From: a virus
Strand: one strand, 5' to 3'
DNA length: 64,000 nt
Virus record (IMG/VR): IMGVR_UViG_3300025853_000041
Coordinates: 32,001-96,000 of that record
A program made the position numbers and the translations under genes. Positions 55,108-63,969 of this stretch are shown here, in pieces. Positions within the stretch are counted from its first letter, which is position 1. Every line of letters starts with the position of its first letter. The notes below the pieces were generated by a model. The model had not been told where the DNA came from. It worked only from the letters and a program-made list of their open reading frames with translations, and did no database searches.

Positions 55108-57466
55108 CTTTCTCTATTATATTATTAATTGTTTCTTTTTTTAATTTTACTACTGCTTTGACACTTGGTCTAATCAGTTTTCTGCACAGGACATAATCTA
55201 CAATAGTATTAATCCTTTTTTCTGGAATATTGCAAGAATAATTACCACCTTCTACGAAGTTTAAGATAAATAAAGCATTCTCCATTTCTCTTCTATGCTC
55301 TTCAAACAAGCCTTTCATATCTTCGTTAAAATAGTTTTTATCTTCACAAAGTTGTCTTATTTCTTGTGCATATTCCAAATTCTCTTCAGATACATGTTGA
55401 TTATAATAAGTACTGCTTTTAGGTCCATATTGATAAACAAAATCATTTAAAACATTCAAAGCATCTCTTAATTTAGGTGATATAGCATCTAAGTTATGTA
55501 TTTTTGCCATTTTATCTAAATCTGGGTACTGCTCGAATATGTATTGTGCTGTTCCAATATTCCTAATTAAAGGATACTCTGGTTTCATAAGCTTATCAAA
55601 ATTTATAAAATTATCTATATGTTTTAAAAGTTTTTTCTTTGTAGGAGCAATCTCAAGAAGAGTTACAGGTACTCGTCTATTCAAATATTTATATAACTTT
55701 CTTAATCCTACACTCTTTGCCTCATCGTAAATAACTAAAGATTTAAACTCTTGAGACAATTTAGACATAAAATAAGTTTTAGAATCAGAGGTCACTTTAT
55801 TCCCTTGTCCATATCTTAAAGTATGAAGGTTTACATTTTGAGACCAATCAAAACCAGCTCTTTTTACAGTCTTACGCTTTAGTTTATCTGCAGCTTTAGT
55901 ATCTGTAATCCATTTTTTAGGCACAATAGCATCTGAAAAAGTAGGTACAGTTTTAAAATTACCTATAATATATGCAATTATTAGTTTAAGTGCTCTTTTA
56001 TCATAATCCCAACTTTTTTTATCATACCCAAGGCGATGTCTTTCTTTTGCTCTTTCAGAATCTCTTTTAACTTCCTTAATCACCTTTTTATAATACTTCT
56101 TGAGGTCTTTCTCTTTTTTAATAAACATCGCTCCATGCTCAAAAGTTTCCCTAATATATCTTTTTGATATATTGTTTAAATTTCCAACATCAGAATAGAA
56201 TAATTTATTAAAACTCGATTTAAGCCCATTTACTGAAGTATAAAAATTTGCATAGGTTAGTTTACCATTTTTAAGTTTATAGGACACATGGACAAGTAAA
56301 GTGCTCATTACGGTCTCTAAACTGTTCAAAAAGGAATCAGGATTATAAAATTCTCCATTATAGGTGATTTTTCTATTACCATCTGTTAGTTTGATTTTAA
56401 CATCTTCATCAGGATTATTATCACCTACAATAAAATATAAATAATCTGTATTCTTTAAAGCCTCAATATAGCTTCCCATATTGTCGTAATCTTTGGTTTT
56501 TTCTGCTAAGGCTAGAGCCTTAATTTCCTCCAAAGCTTTCTCTAATTTAGCTTCAATAGTTGCTTTATTTTTAGTAGAATACAATATTTCCTCTCTGTTA
56601 GGTGTCACATCTAAATCTCCAATATCAAACAATAAACTAATAGGATATTCTTTAACCTTTTGAGAATATTGGGTATCTAAACTATCCACTCTTACTGGAT
56701 ATCTAACTTTACCTAATAAAAGATTTAACTCTTTTTTACTATCTAAAGTGTTTACCCAAAAATTGTCAAACTTTTTGATTTTAAAGTTATTGTATCTATA
56801 TTCAATATCGACCCTATTATAATAGTAATCATCTCCATTATTTATAACATCCTCAGGAGCAATAATATACAAATTTTCAAAATATACTAATTGAGTTTTA
56901 ATTGCTTCTGCAAAACTTTTTAAATCTCCACTTTGAATATTCAATTTAACTTCTAACCCATTTCTCTCATCAGTAGCTACCTCATGTAAAAGGTCTATTG
57001 AAATAGTATTTCCATCTTTATACATCATATAGATATACTTAGTTCCCTCATAGTTTGAAGTAATATATACTATATCAGAATATGCTAAAGCTGAAAATCT
57101 TCCTATTCCAAATCCACCAATTTGACTATTATCTGACCTTTTTGTTGAGCTCCCAATATTTTTGTAAATAGTATTAAACCTTTCTGGGCTTAACCCTACA
57201 CCGAAATCTTGAATTCTACAAAAGAGCACTCCTTCTGAACTTTTTCCTAATTCTAAGATAACAGGCTCTTCTACTCCTGCCTCTACATGAGAATCCCAAG
57301 CATTACTTACTGTCTCTCTGATAAAAGATTCAATAGGCTTTGAATATAGATTGGTTGATAAGATTGTAACTATAAAATCAATATTACTTGTATCAATTGA
57401 TACATTATTGTTCTTTATATCTCCTACTTGTACTACGTCTTTTTTCTTGTCTGTTTCAAATATCAT
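55088..57466 (-). CDS. rIIA: rIIA-like protein (N-terminal GHKL ATPase)
   Basis: LYSKPIESFIRETVSNAWDSH, IQDFGVGLS, STKR...IGGFGIG and TPNREEI. Confidence 0.85.
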   Translation of the reverse strand: MIFETDKKKDVVQVGDIKNNNVSIDTSNIDFIVTILSTNLYSKPIESFIRETVSNAWDSHVEAGVEEPVILELGKSSEGVLFCRIQDFGVGLSPERFNTIYKNIGSSTKRSDNSQIGGFGIGRFSALAYSDIVYITSNYEGTKYIYMMYKDGNTISIDLLHEVATDERNGLEVKLNIQSGDLKSFAEAIKTQLVYFENLYIIAPEDVINNGDDYYYNRVDIEYRYNNFKIKKFDNFWVNTLDSKKELNLLLGKVRYPVRVDSLDTQYSQKVKEYPISLLFDIGDLDVTPNREEILYSTKNKATIEAKLEKALEEIKALALAEKTKDYDNMGSYIEALKNTDYLYFIVGDNNPDEDVKIKLTDGNRKITYNGEFYNPDSFLNSLETVMSTLLVHVSYKLKNGKLTYANFYTSVNGLKSSFNKLFYSDVGNLNNISKRYIRETFEHGAMFIKKEKDLKKYYKKVIKEVKRDSERAKERHRLGYDKKSWDYDKRALKLIIAYIIGNFKTVPTFSDAIVPKKWITDTKAADKLKRKTVKRAGFDWSQNVNLHTLRYGQGNKVTSDSKTYFMSKLSQEFKSLVIYDEAKSVGLRKLYKYLNRRVPVTLLEIAPTKKKLLKHIDNFINFDKLMKPEYPLIRNIGTAQYIFEQYPDLDKMAKIHNLDAISPKLRDALNVLNDFVYQYGPKSSTYYNQHVSEENLEYAQEIRQLCEDKNYFNEDMKGLFEEHRREMENALFILNFVEGGNYSCNIPEKRINTIVDYVLCRKLIRPSVKAVVKLKKETINNIIEKDENNTN

Positions 57467-57470
57467 TTTA

Positions 57471-58190
57471 TTACCAATTTATTGTACCTAAGCTCTTGAG
57501 TCTTAGGATTGTGTTAGTTAAATAAAAACCATCATTTGAAAAACTATCATCAGCATTTTCAAAAAATGTAGAAGCTGGGTGACTACCTGGAATAACATAA
57601 TTTAATTTGTCATCCACAATAATCTCTTCTATGGTTTCTTTATCATACTTTGATGTTATCAAAGGGTTTTCTATTTTTGTGATGAAACTTATAGGGTCTG
57701 CTCCCCACAACATCCATACACAAGGATTAGCGTGACTAATATAAGAAACAACAGTTTCTATAAAGTTTCGCCAATTTAACCTATGACTGTAAGCTTTTCC
57801 TATCTCAACAGTCAAAGCAGTATTTAGCAAAAATACTCCTTGCTTCTCCCATTTTTCTAAAGTGTTCCATTCACTTGATTGTTCTAAAGACCAATAAACT
57901 GTTCTAACAACTTCTTGTCTTATTTTTTCAAGGATATTTGGGGATTTTGCATCTCTTTTGACTCCATAAGCCAATCCATTAGCAGTCCTTGGTAAAGGAT
58001 ATGGTTCTTGTCCTAATATTACCACTTTAATGTCTTTTACAGGCATCTCAAAAACTCTAAAAATTAGAGATAATTCAGGCTGTATAGACATAGTATTAAG
58101 ACTTTCGAGAAATTCAACCATAGGCTCTTTATAAGCCAAGCTATGTAATAATGGTATCCAAGATTCATGCACATTTTTAAATAGATTCAT
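57471..58190 (-). CDS. ung: Uracil-DNA glycosylase family 1 (variant catalytic motif)
   Basis: KVVILGQEPYP, ANGLAY, WEKQGVFLLNTALTV, MLWG and SHPAS. Confidence 0.85.
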   Translation of the reverse strand: MNLFKNVHESWIPLLHSLAYKEPMVEFLESLNTMSIQPELSLIFRVFEMPVKDIKVVILGQEPYPLPRTANGLAYGVKRDAKSPNILEKIRQEVVRTVYWSLEQSSEWNTLEKWEKQGVFLLNTALTVEIGKAYSHRLNWRNFIETVVSYISHANPCVWMLWGADPISFITKIENPLITSKYDKETIEEIIVDDKLNYVIPGSHPASTFFENADDSFSNDGFYLTNTILRLKSLGTINW

Positions 58191-59263
58191 AATAATATTC
58201 TTTTAGCTTTTAAAAAATTAATTAATTCTTGTCGTCCCTTTTTGTGTATTAAATCTGAAGGGTCAGATATCTTTTTTGCCAAACACCATTCTGGCAAATA
58301 TACGCTTCTAGCTTTATTATCAGAAGGGTAGTTTATTAAATTGACAAGGTCCTGAGCAGCTTTTATACCTGCTGCATCATTGTCAAAAAGTACTACTACC
58401 TCATCAAAACTATCCACCAAGTTCCAAAAAGCATTACTTTTTGGGAACATTCCTTCATTTTGTAACCATCTCACATTAAGCCCCAGGTTTCTTAATACTC
58501 TGAAATCTTTATATGACTTGGTTATGACTAATAGTCTGCCTGATTTGATAGGAGAAAGCATTCCTCCTACATCATCTGCAGTACAATTTGTTATGAATCT
58601 TTTACTTCCTTTTTGCTTAGGTCTGTAAATTTTCTTATTTCCACTCTCAAATTCAGTGTAAGCATATGCAATATCCTTTACTCTGAACATATGGTCTCCT
58701 GTCTTAGTATTGAAAAGCTTAAACTTTCTAATAGGAAAAACTTTATCTTCTATTAGGTTGTCTTTAGAGATTAAATATCTGTGTTCCCAAAAATTTCTAT
58801 CAACTATTAAGAAATCTCTGGTATTCATTAGTATTTTTACTCTCTTCTTTTCTTTTTTTAAGGAAGGTCTAGTGTAAACTTTGTGTATTATGTCATGTTT
58901 AACATCTTTACCATCAATTAGCTTAGCTTTTATGAATTCTAAAGTCTTATAGAAATTAGGTAATCCAAAATAAACCATAACTGCATCAAAGCAATCGATA
59001 TTTGACATCTTTACACCATTTATAACTCTTGTATCAGCAAAATCAGTAAACCTTAATTTATTTGTATTAAGGTCTATTTCAAACCAGCATCCAGGTGAGT
59101 TGTCTTCTCTAAATGGAGAAGTAATATACTCAAACTCAACAGGCTTAAAACCAAAGACTAATTGGAATATGTCTTCTTGTGAGACATATTCCAATATTTT
59201 GTCTTTGCTAATAAAACCACTTTCTATTATGTCAGTATCAGTAGTTCTATTAAATTCTGCCAT
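58187..59263 (-). CDS. dnaG: DNA primase (Toprim, crAss-type)
   Basis: SPFREDNSP, FTDFA, KIYRP, ITKSYKD, LFDNDAAG and SDPSD. Confidence 0.85.
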   Translation of the reverse strand: MAEFNRTTDTDIIESGFISKDKILEYVSQEDIFQLVFGFKPVEFEYITSPFREDNSPGCWFEIDLNTNKLRFTDFADTRVINGVKMSNIDCFDAVMVYFGLPNFYKTLEFIKAKLIDGKDVKHDIIHKVYTRPSLKKEKKRVKILMNTRDFLIVDRNFWEHRYLISKDNLIEDKVFPIRKFKLFNTKTGDHMFRVKDIAYAYTEFESGNKKIYRPKQKGSKRFITNCTADDVGGMLSPIKSGRLLVITKSYKDFRVLRNLGLNVRWLQNEGMFPKSNAFWNLVDSFDEVVVLFDNDAAGIKAAQDLVNLINYPSDNKARSVYLPEWCLAKKISDPSDLIHKKGRQELINFLKAKRILL

Positions 59264-59274
59264 CTACAATAATT

Positions 59275-60030
59275 TTACCATTGAGATTTTACAGCAGTTA
59301 CACCAGCACTAGCTGCAGCAGCAGTAGCAGGCTCTTCACCTTCTATTTGCTGAATAGCTTTATTACTTTTCATGAAGTTTTCACTTCTTGTGAATGGGTG
59401 CTCATTACCAGCTCCATCAACATAACGAAGCCCAGCTTCATCAGCAGGATTGAAAGCTCCACCAACAGGTGCAATATGAGGAGCCAAGAAACGACCACCT
59501 TTCATATTTTTAGGTAATTGAAGGAAAGTTCTTTCATTACCTTCACCAATATTCCACTGATATTCTAAGAATACATCTACTGGAATTGTAGCAAAATTTC
59601 CTGGTTTGATACCACACATAGCAGTAGCCCAAGTTGCAAAATTGGTAACATTACCATTTTGCAAAGCACTTTTAATTTGGTCTTCTGTTGCACCTAATGC
59701 TTTTACAGCATGCACAATTACAGCTTCTCGCTGAGCTTTCTCTGCATTGTAAAGTTCATTATACCCTGGTTCACCTTCAGAGATTTTATTATCTCCTTTG
59801 AATAGGTCTCCTGTGATATCATAGATACGACTTCTGAATTCCTTTTCACCAATTTTGACAGTTATGTCAATAGCATCAGCTAATGATTCATCTGCTCCTG
59901 CATTTGGGTTATACTCTAATTTGGTAATATTAACTGCTTGGTTAAGACCAAATCTACCACCTTGTTTACTTTTTAGTGAGTCATCATTATCATTCTGATA
60001 TCCCCAACTTGTTTTTGTGTTTTCACTCAT
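59275..60030 (-). CDS. Putative single-stranded DNA-binding protein
   Basis: Lies between the ATPase and primase; beta-rich core with a flexible Ala-rich tail ending in W. Confidence 0.45.
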   Translation of the reverse strand: MSENTKTSWGYQNDNDDSLKSKQGGRFGLNQAVNITKLEYNPNAGADESLADAIDITVKIGEKEFRSRIYDITGDLFKGDNKISEGEPGYNELYNAEKAQREAVIVHAVKALGATEDQIKSALQNGNVTNFATWATAMCGIKPGNFATIPVDVFLEYQWNIGEGNERTFLQLPKNMKGGRFLAPHIAPVGGAFNPADEAGLRYVDGAGNEHPFTRSENFMKSNKAIQQIEGEEPATAAAASAGVTAVKSQW

Positions 60031-60067
60031 TTTTTACTAATTTTTTAATATATTAAAATTAAAACTC

Positions 60068-60463
60068 TTAATGCCAAGTTGCCTTGGGTATTTCTTGTGT
60101 TTCTTCTACTTCTTCTTCTACTTCGTCTTCTACTTCTTCTTCTGTTTCTTCCATTGTAGTATTGGAAACTTCATCTTCATCTGCAACAATTTCCATAGTA
60201 GGCTCAGAACCTTTAACTTCTTCAGCAACAACATCAATATTATTTACTGTTTCGCATTCAGTCTCATCTTCAACAATAACAAATGCTGCAGCTTTTGGTT
60301 TTTTTGTTTTCTTACCCTTTAATTCTGGGTGTTTAAACAGTTGTCCTAACTCAGTTTTGTTAAGTCCATAATGAAGTCTGATTTCTTCTCTGGTTTGACC
60401 ATTGCTTAGCATGTCTAAGACTTGTTTGATGCCTATTACTGGCGTTTCTTTTTTTGTGCTCAT
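60068..60463 (-). CDS. Hypothetical protein, HTH-like N-terminus and highly acidic tail
   Basis: LDMLSNGQTREEIRLHYGLNKTEL, followed by a Glu-rich C-terminus ending WH. Confidence 0.6.
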   Translation of the reverse strand: MSTKKETPVIGIKQVLDMLSNGQTREEIRLHYGLNKTELGQLFKHPELKGKKTKKPKAAAFVIVEDETECETVNNIDVVAEEVKGSEPTMEIVADEDEVSNTTMEETEEEVEDEVEEEVEETQEIPKATWH

Positions 60464-60465
60464 AA

Positions 60466-61137
60466 TTAATATGTTTTTAATGCATCGATTACTACATTGT
60501 AATCATTTTCAATTTTGCCATCAAATAATCCCATTGGGCTTCTGGCTGTGTTATACCCATTGTTCTGTGTTTCAAGAATAAAGTTTAAATCATCTCCTTC
60601 TTTCTCAACATTTGCATAAAATACTGCTTCAAGTTTACCTTCAATTTGCATTTTATTAGCTAAGTTTCCAAGAGTCTTTAATCTTATTCTTGTTTCTGCT
60701 CCTTCTTTATAAGTCTCAGTGTGACCTGTAAGAATAGCATATCTTTCCTCTTCAAACATCTCTTTTTCAAGACCTACTTTAATATGCTCTATAATCTCTG
60801 CATAAGATTTAGGAATTATATGGAATGGAGCAATAGGAGCTATTTTCTTCCCATACTCTAATTTTCCACCTTTCCATACTGGATTCTTATTATCAGCATT
60901 ATACCATATATTTGTTTTTGAAGGTAAGTTTCTCATCCCTGTGCTTTTACCCACCCCAGGTGGTCCAAGTATCAAAGCAATCTCAAAACCTAATTCTTGT
61001 AAATCAATTATGAAACGATAAATCTCAGTTCCATAATCTTTCCATTTATCATGTCCAGGTTTCTTTTTGTCTAACATATATTGATTTTCCTGAATTTGAG
61101 TCAGTGTATCAACACATATTGTGCTTATTTTTGTCAT
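60466..61137 (-). CDS. AAA_24/Sak4-like P-loop ATPase (permuted motif order)
   Basis: GPPGVGKST, ILTGH, LKTLG and ETQNNGYNTARSPMGLF; the Walker-B-like ICVDTLT is at the N-terminus. Confidence 0.8.
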   Translation of the reverse strand: MTKISTICVDTLTQIQENQYMLDKKKPGHDKWKDYGTEIYRFIIDLQELGFEIALILGPPGVGKSTGMRNLPSKTNIWYNADNKNPVWKGGKLEYGKKIAPIAPFHIIPKSYAEIIEHIKVGLEKEMFEEERYAILTGHTETYKEGAETRIRLKTLGNLANKMQIEGKLEAVFYANVEKEGDDLNFILETQNNGYNTARSPMGLFDGKIENDYNVVIDALKTY

Positions 61138-61146
61138 AGTTATCTT

Positions 61147-62265
61147 TTAATTTAATAATTTAAAACTCTTCAGACCACCAAACATATCAGTTCTGAAATG
61201 CTGTGGAAATTCGCAATGCCTACTTTCTACTAAATGAATAGTTCTTAGATTAGGAAATATTGGATTGTCTCTACTATCTCTAATTATAGTTCCAAAATGC
61301 TTTTTAAGATTATATCTTTGGTCATTTGGGTTAAAAATTGTAAACACATAATCTGCATCCTCTGCTAAGTTTCCTGTGTCCTTAATGTCATCACTACCTG
61401 GGAACAACATATCACCAAACTCTTTCATTCTTCCTATCTCTGATAAGCCTCTGTTTAAGTGAATGATATGTGCAAATGTGTAGTTACACCAATTTCTTAA
61501 CTCAACACTGTATTCAATGAATTTATCTACTGTCTGTTTCATTTGAAAACCTCTTTCAGGAAGTAATTTCCTAAGGTGGTCAGTAATGATTATAGTGTAT
61601 CTATCAGGTGTATTAGGTTTGTATCCTGTAATCCTTACAGATTTACCATATTTTTGTGTGATAAATTTTCCATCTTTTTCAGCATGTCTTTTAAGATACT
61701 TGTAAATTCCTGTGGGATTGTCCTTTTCTTCTATAAATGTTATGAATCCTTTTTCTATTTGCTCACCATTGGAGCTGTATTCCCCAAATAAGGGTATGAT
61801 TCTATCTTTATATATTTTTTGGACAAGTTCAAAAATCTCTGGTTTAACCTTAATAACTTTTGCATCATCATCTTGCAACCTTCCTCTAAGATAATCAGGA
61901 GATAAGCCAATTACATTTTCACCATCTTTAGTGACACCCTCTGGGAGAGTAATTGTTTCTACACCATAATCATGATAGAGGAAATAGGTAGCAAAATCAA
62001 ATTCTTTGGATACTCTGTCAAGTTCAAAAGAAAAATAAATCCATTCAATAGGAATATTAAAAGCCATTGCTTGTAAGAAAGGTTGAATCACAAATGCATA
62101 ATCTACAAATGTACTTTTTCCTGCCTTTGGAGCTGCAGCAATACCATATATTCTGCCTCTTTGGACTCCATTAATAGCTTTAGAAATATTCATTAATCCT
62201 TCTCCCATTGGTAGTCCTTTATTACCACCTGTTTGACCCTTTTTATATTCTTCTATGAAATTCAT
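61147..62265 (-). CDS. dnaB: Replicative DnaB-like helicase
   Basis: AAPKAGKST, YFSFE, IITDH, IIHLNR and DIKDTGNLAEDAD. Confidence 0.85.
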   Translation of the reverse strand: MNFIEEYKKGQTGGNKGLPMGEGLMNISKAINGVQRGRIYGIAAAPKAGKSTFVDYAFVIQPFLQAMAFNIPIEWIYFSFELDRVSKEFDFATYFLYHDYGVETITLPEGVTKDGENVIGLSPDYLRGRLQDDDAKVIKVKPEIFELVQKIYKDRIIPLFGEYSSNGEQIEKGFITFIEEKDNPTGIYKYLKRHAEKDGKFITQKYGKSVRITGYKPNTPDRYTIIITDHLRKLLPERGFQMKQTVDKFIEYSVELRNWCNYTFAHIIHLNRGLSEIGRMKEFGDMLFPGSDDIKDTGNLAEDADYVFTIFNPNDQRYNLKKHFGTIIRDSRDNPIFPNLRTIHLVESRHCEFPQHFRTDMFGGLKSFKLLN

Positions 62266-62856
62266 TTATTTACTTCTTCTTGTTCTTTTTTTAGGTGCTT
62301 CTGGAATATCTTCAACAACAACAGTAGCAGGCTCTATTGCCTGAGGTTTTGGTGGTGGTGAAGCTTTATATGTCACAGCAACAACATTAAATTCAGATAA
62401 TACGTCTTTAAGGACAGGTAATACATCCTTCCAAGAGCCTCCACCTATACCACAACCAATCTGAGGAACATAGACAGTAAATGTATGTCTTTGTTCAGGT
62501 GGTATTGTAAAAGTTAAAGCTTTGATGGAAGTTTTTAGAGCATCTATATCAAAATTTGCTCCTGGATTATATTGAGTATATAAGTTTGCACCTATTTTCA
62601 ATTGGTCCTGTGTATCAGCCAATACTACTGCACTAAAGCTTCCAAACCTTTGTGTAGCTAATCTTGAATCATATTGGTCCAGATAAAAAAGGGGAGGAAT
62701 ATTGTGCCTTATTTGAGCTGCAATCCCTGCTCCCATTTGTTTTTGACAATTTGCTCCATGCATTATGATAGCACTTGTCTCGCTTTTGAAGAATAGCTCA
62801 ATAGCATCCCCTTCAACCTCTACAAATGTAGGGCTTTTTTTCTTATTTTCACTCAT
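62266..62856 (-). CDS. Macrodomain (ADP-ribose processing) protein
   Basis: VEGDAI, HGANCQKQMGAGIAAQI, ANLYTQ and PQIGCGIGGGSW. Confidence 0.9.
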   Translation of the reverse strand: MSENKKKSPTFVEVEGDAIELFFKSETSAIIMHGANCQKQMGAGIAAQIRHNIPPLFYLDQYDSRLATQRFGSFSAVVLADTQDQLKIGANLYTQYNPGANFDIDALKTSIKALTFTIPPEQRHTFTVYVPQIGCGIGGGSWKDVLPVLKDVLSEFNVVAVTYKASPPPKPQAIEPATVVVEDIPEAPKKRTRRSK

Positions 62857-62895
62857 AAATTTTAATTATTTTATTAATATTTTAATAATAATACT

Positions 62896-63969
62896 CTACT
62901 TTTCATCTCGCCATGAGTCGAAAAATGCATGCCTTGGGAAGTCTTTGATAGGGGGCATTCCTGTATATTTGAAACTTTTCCCAATGTAGTTTTCTTTGTT
63001 ATCTAAAAGTTCTCTTCTGGCATCATGGTCAAAACCATTTAGTCCAACACAGAAAGTTCCTTTTCCTTCAAATTCTACTACAAAACCTTTAGCCATTCCA
63101 CTAGGAATTCTATCAGCTTTTAATTGAGAAGTCTTACTTCTACCTAATTCATTAACTGTTTTCTCAACACCCTCTTTTACCATTGTGGCTTCTTCCACAT
63201 CTAGTATCACACCATCATACTCATTTTTATCATCCTTCATTTTCAGAAGAGTACCTTGATTTAAGGTTGACCTTCCAAATTTATATGGATGAGTGCTATG
63301 AGTAAGTACAAGACCTTCATATCCTTGTTCAAGATTATATTCATATAGAGAATATAGGTCTTCAATAGACTCTGGTTTCATTCTATCTGGCATTCTAAGA
63401 TACATCTCTTCAAAACTATATAAACATAATCTTTTGAAAGCTTCTTGCCATCTCTCTTTGAATCCTATCAAATCTGGTCTGTCAGTGATAATAAAATCAA
63501 ATGCAAAACACTCCAAATCTTCATGAAATGTAGTTAAGAATTTAATATCTTTACCTCTGTACTTTTCTTGAAATGCTTCAGGTTTTTTCTCTTTCATCTT
63601 TGTAAGCTCATCGATATAATCCTGTGTAGTTACATCAGATTTAGAGAAAAACCTAAATATTTCATTGAATGGCATTCCATGCATATAGAATTCACCTTCA
63701 AGAATAATATTATTATCCAAGCAAACTTGATTCAGTTTAGCAAATCTTGCCTTAACAAGGTCACTTCCTGGTTCTTTCAGGCTTCTGGTTAAAACTTTTG
63801 GTCCTAAACCAAATTCCATTCTACATCCATCTTTCTTTGGAAAGATTATGTATTCTTCAATCCCACCATTCTTGGCAATTGTTGCTTCAAATGCTGTCTT
63901 ATCAAATGACCCATCTTTAGGGGCATTTGGTATTAAATTCGGTTTAAACTTTATTGGTATATTTCCCAT
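62896..63969 (-). CDS. lig: ATP-dependent DNA ligase
   Basis: Motif I PKKDGCR, LEGEFY, FDF, YEGLVL, YKFGRS, LLKMK and a C-terminal OB fold ending PRH...WRDEK. Confidence 0.9.
   Translation of the reverse strand: MGNIPIKFKPNLIPNAPKDGSFDKTAFEATIAKNGGIEEYIIFPKKDGCRMEFGLGPKVLTRSLKEPGSDLVKARFAKLNQVCLDNNIILEGEFYMHGMPFNEIFRFFSKSDVTTQDYIDELTKMKEKKPEAFQEKYRGKDIKFLTTFHEDLECFAFDFIITDRPDLIGFKERWQEAFKRLCLYSFEEMYLRMPDRMKPESIEDLYSLYEYNLEQGYEGLVLTHSTHPYKFGRSTLNQGTLLKMKDDKNEYDGVILDVEEATMVKEGVEKTVNELGRSKTSQLKADRIPSGMAKGFVVEFEGKGTFCVGLNGFDHDARRELLDNKENYIGKSFKYTGMPPIKDFPRHAFFDSWRDEK

Noticed and set aside
1001-63792. Numerous 60-140 aa antisense or out-of-frame ORFs in the ORF track (e.g. 25451-25807, 32360-32788, 44029-44430, 50579-51001)
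   Set aside because: They lie within well-supported genes, are Ser/Phe/Leu-rich shadows of the coding strand, and carry no motifs.
23841-63969. Inteins or self-splicing introns in RNAP, RNR, helicases, primase or ligase
   Set aside because: No C/S...HN splice motifs, homing endonuclease ORFs or split genes; enzyme lengths are ordinary.
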